Source of the DNA: an uncultured Candidatus Pelagibacter sp.
GTDB taxonomy: Bacteria; Pseudomonadota; Alphaproteobacteria; Pelagibacterales; Pelagibacteraceae
DNA: 54,933 nucleotides
Assembly: GCA_964484975.1 (NCBI GenBank)
Contig: CAZAGV010000001.1
Coordinates: 1-54,933, forward strand
Direction of reading: 5' to 3'
A model generated the notes under the pieces. It saw nothing but the letters and a program-made list of their open reading frames with translations. It had not been told where the DNA came from and did no database searches. Position numbers and translations under genes: made by a program. This document shows positions 1 through 10,228 of the stretch, piece after piece; the stretch's first letter is position 1, and the number at the start of each line of letters is the position of its first letter.

Positions 1-278
1 ATTAAATAATCTGGAACATTTATTTCATCTTTTTCTTTTTCAAAATAATTTTTTAAAGTTATTGGGTTAGCTAACATTCCGCTATAAATTAATTTTTCTA
101 TAGCACTAAAAATTTTTTGGTGCATTGGATCATAAAAATTTTTACTTGCTACAATCATATTAATTTCATCAAATATTTCATTTGAAACCAAAATTGATCC
201 AATAACTGACTGTTCTGCTTCTATATTGTTTGGAAGTTCGTTTACTTCATTTTGGACTAAATTAAATGTTTTTACCAT
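1..278 (-). CDS. dnaB: Replicative DNA helicase, N-terminal part (runs off the window)
   Basis: Not in the ORF track. Manual translation from ATG at 278: MVKTFNLVQNEVNELPNNIEAEQSVIGSILVSNEIFDEI...FYDPMHQKIF, matching the DnaB N-terminal P-x-x-x-E-A-E-Q-S-V motif. Lies downstream of rplI as usual in alphaproteobacteria. Confidence 0.92.
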   Translation of the reverse strand, partial: MVKTFNLVQNEVNELPNNIEAEQSVIGSILVSNEIFDEINMIVASKNFYDPMHQKIFSAIEKLIYSGMLANPITLKNYFEKEKDEINVPDYL

Positions 279-346
279 ATAATTAGTTAATTAAATTTAA
301 TATAGTAACGCAATATCAAAAAGTACCTGGGGAAAAAATTGTATAA

Positions 347-802
347 TTATTTATTGTCTTCGGAAATAACTTTGATTGATATTTTTGATTGAATTTCTGG
401 GTGAAGATTTAACACAACTTTAAATGTTCCAATAGATTTTATTTCTTTAATAGGTTGTATTAAAGAGGGGTTTATTTCAATTTTTTCAATTTCATTTAAA
501 ATTTTTGCAATTTCAGTTGGCTTAACTGATCCATACAACTCTTTATTTTCAGTTGCTAATTTTTTAACTGGATATTCTTTACTTTGAATTTTTTCATGGA
601 TAGATTTTGCTTCTTTCTTTTTTTCTTGATCTTTTTTTGAAAGCTCGATTTTAATTTTCTCTACTTCTTTTATATTTTCAGTAGAAGCAAAAAGTGCTTT
701 TTTTTTTGAAATTAAAAAATTTCTTGCAAATCCTCTTTTAACATCAATTACATCACCAATTGATCCTACTTTTCTAACATTTTCTAGTAATATTACTTTC
801 AT
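347..802 (-). CDS. rplI: 50S ribosomal protein L9
   Basis: [25 protein letters not shown] and LYGSV motifs; rpsF-rpsR-rplI order. Confidence 0.98.
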   Translation of the reverse strand: MKVILLENVRKVGSIGDVIDVKRGFARNFLISKKKALFASTENIKEVEKIKIELSKKDQEKKKEAKSIHEKIQSKEYPVKKLATENKELYGSVKPTEIAKILNEIEKIEINPSLIQPIKEIKSIGTFKVVLNLHPEIQSKISIKVISEDNK

Positions 803-1074
803 TAAATTAAAGCCAAATTTCTTGCTCTTTTAATTGAAAGAGACAACTCTCTTTGTTTTTTTTGACACACCGAAGTAATTCTCGAAGGCATTATCTTTCC
901 ATTTTCTGTAATATATTTTCTTAAAAGTCTTATGTTTTTATAATCAACTACTGGAGCATCTTTTCCTGATAGTGGGCATTTTTTTTTAAATTTGTATTTT
1001 TGTGGTTGAAAAATACTTAATTTAGAAAAATTATTTTGACCTGATCTTTTTTTATTTTTATTTGTTTTTTTCAT
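802..1074 (-). CDS. rpsR: 30S ribosomal protein S18
   Basis: [19 protein letters not shown]...KKQR.L...IKRAR.LAL. Confidence 0.97.
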   Translation of the reverse strand: MKKTNKNKKRSGQNNFSKLSIFQPQKYKFKKKCPLSGKDAPVVDYKNIRLLRKYITENGKIMPSRITSVCQKKQRELSLSIKRARNLALI

Positions 1075-1076
1075 AT

Positions 1077-1424
1077 TTAATTTGATTTTTCTTTAACTTC
1101 TTCACTTTTTTTTTCGAAGTAGTTTGTTTTTAAATCTAATTTTTTTACTTTAACGGTTAAATATCTTAAAAGGTTTTTGTCTATTTTTTCACTTTTTTCA
1201 AGTTTACTAATTGTTTTTCCATTTCCTTCAATTTTAAAATGAATATAATTTCCTTTTCTGTTTTTTTTTATTAGATAGGCTAAATTTAGAAGGCCCCAAC
1301 TTTCAGTCTTTACCACTTTTCCTTCGTGTTTGATTACTAAATCAGCATATTTATCTTGTATTTGCTTTAGTTGGGCGGGACTTGTATCTTGTCTAGCTAT
1401 AATCGTATGTTCGTAAAAGTTCAT
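1077..1424 (-). CDS. rpsF: 30S ribosomal protein S6
   Basis: [13 protein letters not shown]...LAY.IKKNRKG.Y motifs. Confidence 0.97.
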   Translation of the reverse strand: MNFYEHTIIARQDTSPAQLKQIQDKYADLVIKHEGKVVKTESWGLLNLAYLIKKNRKGNYIHFKIEGNGKTISKLEKSEKIDKNLLRYLTVKVKKLDLKTNYFEKKSEEVKEKSN

Positions 1425-1509
1425 ATTTTAATGTTATAAAAAAAAGGGATATACTATTATAAAAATTTAATTACAACACAAAAAACGTTAAAATTTAATA
1501 ATAATTTCT

Positions 1510-2442
1510 ATGTTTTCAGTAATATTTCCAGGTCAAGGTTCCCAGTCAGTAGGAATGACTAAAGAACTACATGATAATTTCGCTTATGTTAAAGATCTAT
1601 TTAATCAAGCAGACGATGCATTGGGTTACGCAATTAGCAAAATAATATTAGATGGTCCAAAAGAAGAATTAGATTTAACTGAAAATACACAACCTGCAAT
1701 ATTTTTATCAAGCTATTCAATATTTGAAATGATAAAAAGAGAAAGCAATATTAATTTAGGAGACGCTAAATATTTTGCTGGTCATTCACTTGGGGAATAT
1801 TCGGCTCTAGCCACAAGTGGTTCATTAGATTTTAAAAATGCAATAAAACTTTTAAATCAAAGAGGTAAAGCAATGCAAACAGCTGTACCAAAAGGCACCG
1901 GAGGAATGGTAGCTGTTTTAGGAGTAGAAATAAAGGAAGTAAATAATTTGTTAGAAGAAAATCAAAATAATTCCAAATGTTACTTAGCAAATGACAATTC
2001 AAATGGACAAATAGTTTTGAGTGGGCTTAATTCTGATATAGATAAATTTATTGAAATTTTAAAAGTAAAAAAAATTAAAAATATAAAACTTCCAGTAAGC
2101 GCACCTTTTCATTGTAAATTAATGGATAAAGCAACCTTTATAATGAGAGATAAAATAAATAATACAAATTTTGAAAAACCAAAAAACGTTATTATTTCAA
2201 ATGTAACAGGATCAGAAACTCAAGAAGTAGATAAAATAAAGGATTTACTTATAAAACAAATAGAAAGCCCTGTTCGCTGGAGAGAAAGTGTAATTTATAT
2301 GATAAAAAATGGAGTTACAAATTTTATTGAAATTGGGCCTGGAAAAGTATTATCTGGTTTAGTAAAAAGAATAGATAAAACAATTAATGTAAATACCATA
2401 AATAAACTTGAAGATTTAAAAAGTATTAAATTGAATGATTAA
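1510..2442 (+). CDS. fabD: Malonyl-CoA:ACP transacylase
   Basis: FPGQGSQ, TQPA, GHSLGEY, VSAPFH, EIGPGKVL. Confidence 0.98.
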   Translation: MFSVIFPGQGSQSVGMTKELHDNFAYVKDLFNQADDALGYAISKIILDGPKEELDLTENTQPAIFLSSYSIFEMIKRESNINLGDAKYFAGHSLGEYSALATSGSLDFKNAIKLLNQRGKAMQTAVPKGTGGMVAVLGVEIKEVNNLLEENQNNSKCYLANDNSNGQIVLSGLNSDIDKFIEILKVKKIKNIKLPVSAPFHCKLMDKATFIMRDKINNTNFEKPKNVIISNVTGSETQEVDKIKDLLIKQIESPVRWRESVIYMIKNGVTNFIEIGPGKVLSGLVKRIDKTINVNTINKLEDLKSIKLND

Positions 2443-3169
2443 TTTTAAAAATAAAAAGATATTAGTTACAGGCGCCACCGGTGGAATTGGGAGAGAGATT
2501 GTTAAAAAATTTATTTCTCTAGAAGGAAATGTAGTCGCTACTGGAACAAATTTAGAAAAACTAGACTTGTTAAAAAAAGATTTTCCAAATGTTAATGTTA
2601 TAAAATTTGATATTTCGGACCATTCTAAAATTGAAGAATTTGTTGACAATGCTTCAACGCAATTAATTGGATTAGATATTCTAATAAACAATGCAGGTAC
2701 CAATATGGATAATTTATCTTTAAGAATGAAAAATGAAGAATGGGAAAAAGTAATTGATATTAATTTAACTTCAACTTTTTTATTAAGCAAATATGCGATA
2801 AAAAAAATGTTAAAAAATAAATACGGAAGAATAGTAAATATTACATCTGTGGTAGGACATACAGGAAATTTAGGTCAATCAAATTATGCTGCATCAAAAG
2901 CAGGAATCATAGGTATGACCAAATCTTTAGCAATAGAATATGCAAAAAAAAATATTACATTAAATTGTGTTTCACCTGGATTTATACAATCAAGAATGAC
3001 AGATAGTATTATTGAAAGTGTAAAAGCTGTTTTAACTTCTAGAATACCAATGGCTAGATTGGGAAATGGTGAAGATGTGGCCAATTCAGTCGCTTTTTTA
3101 TCGTCAGATCAAGCTTCTTATATCACTGGAGAAACTATACATGTTAATGGAGGCATGTATATGGCTTGA
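2435..3169 (+). CDS. fabG: 3-oxoacyl-ACP reductase
   Basis: TGATGGIG, NNAG, YAASK, GETIHVNGG; lies between fabD and acpP. Confidence 0.97.
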   Translation: MINFKNKKILVTGATGGIGREIVKKFISLEGNVVATGTNLEKLDLLKKDFPNVNVIKFDISDHSKIEEFVDNASTQLIGLDILINNAGTNMDNLSLRMKNEEWEKVIDINLTSTFLLSKYAIKKMLKNKYGRIVNITSVVGHTGNLGQSNYAASKAGIIGMTKSLAIEYAKKNITLNCVSPGFIQSRMTDSIIESVKAVLTSRIPMARLGNGEDVANSVAFLSSDQASYITGETIHVNGGMYMA

Positions 3170-3193
3170 CAAAAGCATTTAATAAATTATTAA
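3166..3193 (+). promoter_or_regulatory. Candidate sigma70 promoter for acpP
   Basis: TTGACA at 3166-3171 overlapping the fabG stop, then TATTAA at 3188-3193 (16-nt spacer). The AT-rich background makes the -10 call weak. Confidence 0.35.
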
Positions 3194-3214
3194 CGACTTA
3201 ACACAAAGGATTTT

Positions 3215-3454
3215 ATGTCAGATGATATTTCAAGCAAGGTAAAAAAAATAGTAGCAGATCATTTAGGAATTGAAGAAACTAAAGTAACCAAAGAATCAAG
3301 CTTTATAGATGACTTAGGGGCAGATAGCTTAGATACTGTAGAATTAGTAATGGCTTTCGAAGAAGAATTTGGTTCAGAAATTTCTGATAGTGAAGCTGAA
3401 AAAATTCTTACAGTTGGTGATGCTGTAAAATTTATAGAGAGCAAAGCAAATTAA
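3215..3454 (+). CDS. acpP: Acyl carrier protein
   Basis: [20 protein letters not shown] phosphopantetheine site; AAGGA ribosome-binding site upstream. Confidence 0.99.
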   Translation: MSDDISSKVKKIVADHLGIEETKVTKESSFIDDLGADSLDTVELVMAFEEEFGSEISDSEAEKILTVGDAVKFIESKAN

Positions 3455-3469
3455 AAAATAAAAATTAAA

Positions 3470-4102
3470 ATGTCTTTAGGAAAAGACGGGATAGTTGTCG
3501 TATTATCATCACCGTCCGGAGCTGGCAAAACAACACTTGTAAAAAAAATCGCTCAAGAAAAAAATTTCAAAATTTCAATTTCATATACTACAAGAAAACC
3601 AAGAACCAATGAAGTAAACGGTAAAGATTATTTTTTTATTAGTGAAGAAGAATTTAAAAATTTAATCAAAAACAGTGAGTTTTTAGAATACGCAAAGGTT
3701 TTTGAGAATTATTATGGATCATCTAAAAGTCAAGTATTTGAAAATTTAAATAAAGGAGAAAATGTAATTTTTGATATTGATTGGCAGGGAACTGAACAAA
3801 TCAAAAAGCAAAAACTAAATTACAAACTTATTACGTTTTTTATTTTGCCACCAAGTAAATCAGAATTATTTAATAGATTAAAAAATAGAGACATGAAGGA
3901 TAAAAATATCGTGGAAAAAAGAATGAAACAATTTCATGAAGACATCAATCAGTGGGAAAACTATGATTTTGTAGTAATTAATGAAGATCTAGAAAAATGT
4001 TATAATGAAATAATAAGATTCATTAATAATAAAGTAGAAAAATTAGATAGCAGTTATGATAGAAATAATATTTTAAATCATATAAAAAAATTAAAAATCT
4101 AA
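3470..4102 (+). CDS. gmk: Guanylate kinase
   Basis: [11 protein letters not shown]-loop, [21 protein letters not shown]. Confidence 0.98.
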   Translation: MSLGKDGIVVVLSSPSGAGKTTLVKKIAQEKNFKISISYTTRKPRTNEVNGKDYFFISEEEFKNLIKNSEFLEYAKVFENYYGSSKSQVFENLNKGENVIFDIDWQGTEQIKKQKLNYKLITFFILPPSKSELFNRLKNRDMKDKNIVEKRMKQFHEDINQWENYDFVVINEDLEKCYNEIIRFINNKVEKLDSSYDRNNILNHIKKLKI

Positions 4103-4885
4103 GTTTTCATACTCCCTGCATATTTCAAAATACTTTAATGATGATAAATTCTGAGGTCTATCACTGATATTGATATTAAGTTTTTTAGAGATTTCATTTG
4201 CATTTTTAAAAATTATATTCAAAGGCTTTTTGATCATTTTCCGTCGTTGGTTAAAAAAAATGTTGGTTATATGTTCTAAATTTTTAGAATTTTTTAAATT
4301 AAAACATTCACTTTTTGGCTCAATTAATAATATAGTACTTTTAACTTTTGGGACTGGATAAAAAGAATTAGGTGAAACATCTGTAACTTTTTCCGTTCTC
4401 AGTTTCCATGAAGACAAAACTGCAAGTCGTCCATAGTTTTTGCTATTAGTTTTTGCAATTATTCTTTCAGCCACCTCTTTTTGAAACATTAAAATAAATT
4501 TTTTAAAAGTATTATTTAAATTATTATATCTTATCCATTTAATTAAAATTTGAGTAGAAATGTTGTAAGGTAAATTTCCAAAAACAACCACAGGTTCTTT
4601 CGAGTATTTTTTTTCATCAATCTTTAAAATATCATCATTAATTATAATAATTTTTTCTTTAAATTTTTCATGTAATTTTTTCACTAAAAATTTATCTTTT
4701 TCAACGGCAAATAACTTTTTAGGATTTTTTGATAAAATTCCTTCTGTAAGGTTTCCAGTTCCTGGACCTACTTCAAGAACAATATCATTTTTTTTTATAT
4801 CACCTGCATTTATAATAGTATTTACAATATTTTTATCAGTTAAAAAATTTTGTCCTAAACTTTTTTTAGGATATTTAATTTTCAT
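4091..4885 (-). CDS. rsmA: 16S rRNA m6,2A dimethyltransferase (KsgA)
   Basis: [30 protein letters not shown]. Confidence 0.98.
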   Translation of the reverse strand: MKIKYPKKSLGQNFLTDKNIVNTIINAGDIKKNDIVLEVGPGTGNLTEGILSKNPKKLFAVEKDKFLVKKLHEKFKEKIIIINDDILKIDEKKYSKEPVVVFGNLPYNISTQILIKWIRYNNLNNTFKKFILMFQKEVAERIIAKTNSKNYGRLAVLSSWKLRTEKVTDVSPNSFYPVPKVKSTILLIEPKSECFNLKNSKNLEHITNIFFNQRRKMIKKPLNIIFKNANEISKKLNINISDRPQNLSSLKYFEICREYENLDF

Positions 4886-5862
4886 TTAACTTTTTTAAAA
4901 AAATTAATTGAAGAAATTAGTGACTGAGCATTAGATTTATTTCTGCCTATCATTTTATTATTTGTTCCATGATCAGGAGAAACCCTTAAAAAAGGCAAAC
5001 CCAAAGTTAAATTAATAGCTTCAAAATTAAATATAGTTTTCATAGGAGTAAGAACTTGGTCATGATACATCCCAACGGCAACATCATAATATGATAAGTT
5101 TTTTTTAGAAAAAAAAGTGTCTGCTGAAAATGGACCTTTGATATTTATTTTATTCTTTAACAAAAGTTTAATTGCTGGCTTAATAATTTTTTCTTCTTCA
5201 CTTAATTTTTCTATTGATTCACAATGAGGATTAAGACCCAAAATTGCAAATTTTGGTTTTTTATTTAATTTTTTTTTATAAAAAAAATTAATGTTCATTA
5301 CATCATTTGTAATTTTGTTTCTTGTTAAATTTTTAGTTACAAGGTTAATAGGAAGGTGTGTAGTTATTGGGCATACTGAAAAAGAAGAATTATAAATTAG
5401 CATAGTTGGTTTTTTTTTAATTTTAGTTTTATTTGACAAATATTCTGTAATACCTAAATATTTTTTTTCTAAAAAATGTGTTTTTGATACTGGGCCATTA
5501 ATCAAAGCAAAAGCTGATTTTTCCTTTAATAGTTTTAAAGCAATCTTAAAACAATTATTAATATATTTATTTGAACTATTAGAAATCTTATTAAAAGCTT
5601 TCTTAAATCTATAGTCAACATTAACTATATTTATGTTTTTTTTATTTAAATTTGCATTTTTTAAATTGAGTGAATTAATTTTTTTAATTTTTATAGAATA
5701 TTTAAGAAATTTCATTTGTAATTTTAATAAATTTTCAGATCCAATTACAACAATAGGTCTACTAAATTTTTGTATAATTTTTTTTTTATAAGCTTTAAAT
5801 AGTATTTCAGAAAAAGTACTATTTGGTTCGCCAAGTACTATTAATAAAGGTTTATTTTTCAC
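4882..5862 (-). CDS. pdxA: 4-hydroxythreonine-4-phosphate dehydrogenase
   Basis: TTHLP, GLNPH, GPFSADT, MYHDQ, RVSPDHGT; surA-pdxA-rsmA synteny. Confidence 0.93.
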   Translation of the reverse strand: MKNKPLLIVLGEPNSTFSEILFKAYKKKIIQKFSRPIVVIGSENLLKLQMKFLKYSIKIKKINSLNLKNANLNKKNINIVNVDYRFKKAFNKISNSSNKYINNCFKIALKLLKEKSAFALINGPVSKTHFLEKKYLGITEYLSNKTKIKKKPTMLIYNSSFSVCPITTHLPINLVTKNLTRNKITNDVMNINFFYKKKLNKKPKFAILGLNPHCESIEKLSEEEKIIKPAIKLLLKNKINIKGPFSADTFFSKKNLSYYDVAVGMYHDQVLTPMKTIFNFEAINLTLGLPFLRVSPDHGTNNKMIGRNKSNAQSLISSINFFKKVK

Positions 5863-6787
5863 TAATAAAAATATTTTGTTTAATTTTATTAAAATAAATT
5901 AATGAAAATTGATTTAGCTGTCTATTTTTTTCTTCGTTTATCATTTGTTTAAAAGTTCTTTCAAAATCTAATTTTTTTTCTTTCTCTCTTTTATTATTTA
6001 ATTTAATTATTAAATAACCGCCACTTGTTTGAATTGGTTTAGTTAATTTATTTATATTTAAATTTTTAATTTCTCTTAGTAGATTATCATTCAATTGACT
6101 TTGGTTAATCCATCCTATTTCACCACCAAATTTTGAGCTATCACTTATGCTAAATATATTTGCACTATTTTTAAAACCTGAATTTTCAATATTTTGTAAT
6201 ATTAAGTTGTATTTATCTAGTAAACTCTCATCTGATTTAAGCTGAAATAATATTTCACTCAAATTGTATTCTTTTAATATTTTTTTTTGATTTTTTATTT
6301 TTATTTTTATTTTTTCTTTATCAATTTTAATTTGATTGTTATATTTTTGAAATATCATTTCATTCCATAAGGTTTCTATTTTTAGTTTTTCTCTAATATC
6401 AGAAATATCTAAATTATAGCTAATCAGATAAGAATTAAAATCATCTTTATTTTTAAAATTTAACCTTTTATAAAAATCGCTCAATAATTCGTCAGAATAC
6501 TTATCAGCTTTTTCAAAATCATAAAACTTTAACAATTCGATTTTTTTGATTTTTTCTCTTATTAAAGATTCTTTTGAAATCTTTTCAAGTTGATTTTTTG
6601 GTAAGGTTTTTAAATTATTATTTAATGCAACAAGATAATTTCTTTCATTTAAAAAATCAATATTTGTTAATATTTCATTTTCTATCTGCAATTCAATTTT
6701 AATTTTATTTCCAGAATTTGCTGAATTTATAAATAAGAATATTAAAATAAATACATATACAAATTTTAATATTATATTTTTAATCAT
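5852..6787 (-). CDS. surA: SurA-like periplasmic chaperone / parvulin PPIase
   Basis: Signal-peptide-like N terminus, S...GGEIGWI rotamase motif, position between lptD and pdxA. Confidence 0.8.
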   Translation of the reverse strand: MIKNIILKFVYVFILIFLFINSANSGNKIKIELQIENEILTNIDFLNERNYLVALNNNLKTLPKNQLEKISKESLIREKIKKIELLKFYDFEKADKYSDELLSDFYKRLNFKNKDDFNSYLISYNLDISDIREKLKIETLWNEMIFQKYNNQIKIDKEKIKIKIKNQKKILKEYNLSEILFQLKSDESLLDKYNLILQNIENSGFKNSANIFSISDSSKFGGEIGWINQSQLNDNLLREIKNLNINKLTKPIQTSGGYLIIKLNNKREKEKKLDFERTFKQMINEEKNRQLNQFSLIYFNKIKQNIFISEK

Positions 6788-9156
6788 TTGACTAAAGACG
6801 GTGATGAAATTTTACCAAATGGGATAATTTTTATTGAAAACATTATATTTTCATCAGGTTTTAGATCGCCATCTGTATAATAGCTTTTGTTGTATTCTAT
6901 AGCCGCAGTTAAACAATCGTTTTCATATTCATAAATTAAATTATAATAATTTGTAATATTTTGATCTAAATTTTTTGAAGTTCCAAAAGCAATTGAATTA
7001 TTACTATCAAAATTAAATTTTGTATTATTTGTTAAATAGCTATCTTGATTTAAATAGTTATCCTCTTCGAGAAATTCAAAAGAAGTAACAAAATTATTTA
7101 TAACTATATTTGTTTTAATTAAATTATAATTTGAATCATCTAAATCTTTGTCTAATGAAAATTGATAGTTTAAATCAAAAAATTTAGAAGGAGCAAAATC
7201 AAATTCACCTATAAAATCAGATCTTTTTTCTGAAAAACCATAAAGTTTTGGTAAATCAGGGTTTTCATTCACTCTTAACACATTCGCAAATGATAAACTC
7301 ATATGTCCTTGATCTTCTTTATTCGTTAATGAATATTCTACACCCATAGTTAATGATCCTCCACCTTCCACAGCGGTATCGTCAATTCTATCTAGTGAAA
7401 AAATGCTGTCATAGGTTATGTTTTCATTTAAATTTGAATTATTTTTTGTTGAATTAGGACTGTATCTAGCTGAAAATTTTGGCGATAGTAAACTAATAGA
7501 ATTTTGATCTTCTTTTTTTAAGGGAAGTTCAGTTTTTAATTCAACTAAAGAAAGTAATTGCTGGTCATCACCATCTTTAAATGAATCTGAATTTTCTGTA
7601 GTTGAATTTAAATTTCTTAATAATAGATTATAATTTGTCATTAACCCATCTATAGTGGAGTTATTTTTTGAAAAAGAAGAATATTTTAGGTCATTAATTA
7701 AAACAGATTCATCAGAGCTAGTATTATAATTTTTTTGAAAACCTCTAGCATTAAAAGTTAAATCTCCATTTACGTTACTATCGTTATACAAATATTTTTC
7801 ATAACTGAAATTTGGAAAAATATATTCATATCTATCGGTTTTTTGTTTATCTAAATTTTCAAAAACTTCAAAACTTACATCAAATGAACTATCTTCGGTA
7901 AATGAATAATAATCTATGTAAGAATGAAGTGAAGAATTATCATTAATTATAGGTGAAGTTATATTATTTCTTTTTAGATAAGTGTCATTTGAAACAGTTT
8001 CTAAGTGTAAATTTAAAGTTTGATTTTGTTTATTTGAAGCAAGGTCTGCAAAAAAATGATTTTTGGTATTTTCATTGTCTATGTTTACACTAAAGTCTAA
8101 CAAGAAATCAGAGTCTTTGTTAGCTTGTCTGTATTCAGTTTGCAACAGCATTTCATTGTCAAAAAATACTCTTGGAAACAGTGTTAAATCTTTTCTTTCC
8201 GATATTACCTTATAGTAAGGAATTTGTAATGAGGTCCCAGAATTATTTGAAGCTTGAAAGCTTGGCATTAAAAAACCAGATTGACGTTTTACTGTAGGGT
8301 CTGGATGAAAAAAATAAGGAAAATAAAGAACTGGTTTGTCATAGATTTTTAGCCATGCATTTTTATATTCAATTTTTTTCTCATTTTTTTTATGGGTAAC
8401 TTCTTCAGCATATATTGACCACGGTGGACATTTATTATCTTTTTGATTACATGTAGTAAAACTACCTTTATAAACTGTTGTAGTGTTTTCTTCAGATATT
8501 AAACTATTTCCTTTTAATCTTGGATCATTTTTATTATTGCCAAATAAAGAATCTTCAAAATCAATTGAAATATCTGAACCTAAAAATTTATTATCTTTTA
8601 GATTTACTAAGGCAAAATTTAAATAGTATTGATTTTTTTTATTATCAAAAAGTGATAAATTTTTGGCTTTAAGAAGATTGGTAATAAAATTGAATTTAAA
8701 CTCTTCTGCAAAAAAAATATTATTTTGAGAATCTTCAATTTTTGTTTTTTTATCAGAATAAATTTCCGATAAGGTTCTTTCATAAACTAAATCATTACTT
8801 TCTAAATAATAGGTATTTTTTATATTCGATTTTGATTTTCCAACTGATAAAATTTTTTCTTCATTTCTAAAATAAATAAATTCTTCTCCTTCGGTAATAA
8901 TGTTATTTTTTTTGTCATCTAACACTACATCACCAAAGATTTTTAAGATCGATTTTTCTTTATTATAAATTAATTTTCTTCCAGTAATTTCGATGCCATC
9001 ATTAGAAGTTATTTTTACACCATCTGTAGCTTTAGTAATATTGCCTTTGTCTAGTATTTTAATTTCTGACGATTTAATATTAAATATTTCTGCATTTAAT
9101 ATATTGTGATAAAAAAAAATTATTAAAAATAAATTAATTAGAAGTTTATTTTTCAT
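6784..9156 (-). CDS. lptD: LPS assembly outer-membrane protein LptD
   Basis: FTTC...CPPW, PVLYFPYF.HPDPTVKRQSGFL.P, YENDC near the C terminus. Confidence 0.93.
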   Translation of the reverse strand: MKNKLLINLFLIIFFYHNILNAEIFNIKSSEIKILDKGNITKATDGVKITSNDGIEITGRKLIYNKEKSILKIFGDVVLDDKKNNIITEGEEFIYFRNEEKILSVGKSKSNIKNTYYLESNDLVYERTLSEIYSDKKTKIEDSQNNIFFAEEFKFNFITNLLKAKNLSLFDNKKNQYYLNFALVNLKDNKFLGSDISIDFEDSLFGNNKNDPRLKGNSLISEENTTTVYKGSFTTCNQKDNKCPPWSIYAEEVTHKKNEKKIEYKNAWLKIYDKPVLYFPYFFHPDPTVKRQSGFLMPSFQASNNSGTSLQIPYYKVISERKDLTLFPRVFFDNEMLLQTEYRQANKDSDFLLDFSVNIDNENTKNHFFADLASNKQNQTLNLHLETVSNDTYLKRNNITSPIINDNSSLHSYIDYYSFTEDSSFDVSFEVFENLDKQKTDRYEYIFPNFSYEKYLYNDSNVNGDLTFNARGFQKNYNTSSDESVLINDLKYSSFSKNNSTIDGLMTNYNLLLRNLNSTTENSDSFKDGDDQQLLSLVELKTELPLKKEDQNSISLLSPKFSARYSPNSTKNNSNLNENITYDSIFSLDRIDDTAVEGGGSLTMGVEYSLTNKEDQGHMSLSFANVLRVNENPDLPKLYGFSEKRSDFIGEFDFAPSKFFDLNYQFSLDKDLDDSNYNLIKTNIVINNFVTSFEFLEEDNYLNQDSYLTNNTKFNFDSNNSIAFGTSKNLDQNITNYYNLIYEYENDCLTAAIEYNKSYYTDGDLKPDENIMFSIKIIPFGKISSPSLVK

Positions 9157-10228
9157 TGATTCTGACTAATAAAACGAAACAAAGTAAAATTAAAATTATT
9201 AATGGTGAACACACAGACAATAGTATAGATGTTTTTTCAGTTATACCTAATAAATTAAAAAAATAATTTATATAATAGATTGTTACTGAAGATAAAATTC
9301 CTAAAGATAAATTAAAAAATTTTCCTTTTATATAAGCAAAACTTAAAACTAAAATAGAGCCAATAGTTGTCATTATTGATATAAAGACTGGAAATGAGTA
9401 TAATTTTAATATGTGAGAATTAATCTCATTACTAGACAGCCCTAGTTTTTTGTAATCCTCAGATAAATTTATTAATTGTATTAAATTTAACGAAGTCAAA
9501 TTTGAAAAAATGCTATTTAATTTTTCTCTATTAAAATTTGTATTAACTTTAAGGTTATCTAAAATTTCTTTTTTTCCATTATCAAAAAAAATTCTTACTT
9601 TTTTGAGCTTCCATTCTTTATTTTCTATGTCAGCATGATCAGAAATAATTATGCTTTTTAAATTAAATTTGCCATCTAGTTGATTTATTGTAACATTTTT
9701 TAACTTATTTTTTTCAAATTCATCTGCATTAATAATATATATATTGTCCTCATATTCATCTTTAATCCATAAACCATTATTATTTATTGCTGCCAAATAT
9801 TTATTATCATCAGTAAATTTATTTTTAATTAATAAATAATTATGTTTTAGATTTGAAGAAAACGAATAGAACAAAACAGTAATAATTATTCCCATCACTA
9901 ATGATAAATAAATAAGTAATCTAATTAATGAAAAATTATCTATCCCAGTTGTTTTTAGTAAATTTAACTCTTCGTTTTCTTTAAATTTCATAAAAAATAA
10001 TTGTGATGCAATTAAAAAAATAAATGGAAATATTTCAAATAAAACAGAAGGAGTATTTAAGAATGTTAATAATATAGGATAATAAAAGCCAACCTCATAT
10101 TTCTCGAAAAAAACAATTTCTTCTAAAATATTTAAAAAAAAACTTAATAAAGTGAAAACTAAACTTACAATTAAAAAATAATACAAATAAGATTTTAGAA
10201 TATAGGTTTTATATATTTTTAATTTCAT
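9146..10228 (-). CDS. lptG: LPS export ABC permease (YjgP/Q family)
   Basis: Three TM + periplasmic domain (GLWIKD) + three TM; lies between an lptF-like gene and lptD. Confidence 0.82.
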   Translation of the reverse strand: MKLKIYKTYILKSYLYYFLIVSLVFTLLSFFLNILEEIVFFEKYEVGFYYPILLTFLNTPSVLFEIFPFIFLIASQLFFMKFKENEELNLLKTTGIDNFSLIRLLIYLSLVMGIIITVLFYSFSSNLKHNYLLIKNKFTDDNKYLAAINNNGLWIKDEYEDNIYIINADEFEKNKLKNVTINQLDGKFNLKSIIISDHADIENKEWKLKKVRIFFDNGKKEILDNLKVNTNFNREKLNSIFSNLTSLNLIQLINLSEDYKKLGLSSNEINSHILKLYSFPVFISIMTTIGSILVLSFAYIKGKFFNLSLGILSSVTIYYINYFFNLLGITEKTSILLSVCSPLIILILLCFVLLVRINEK

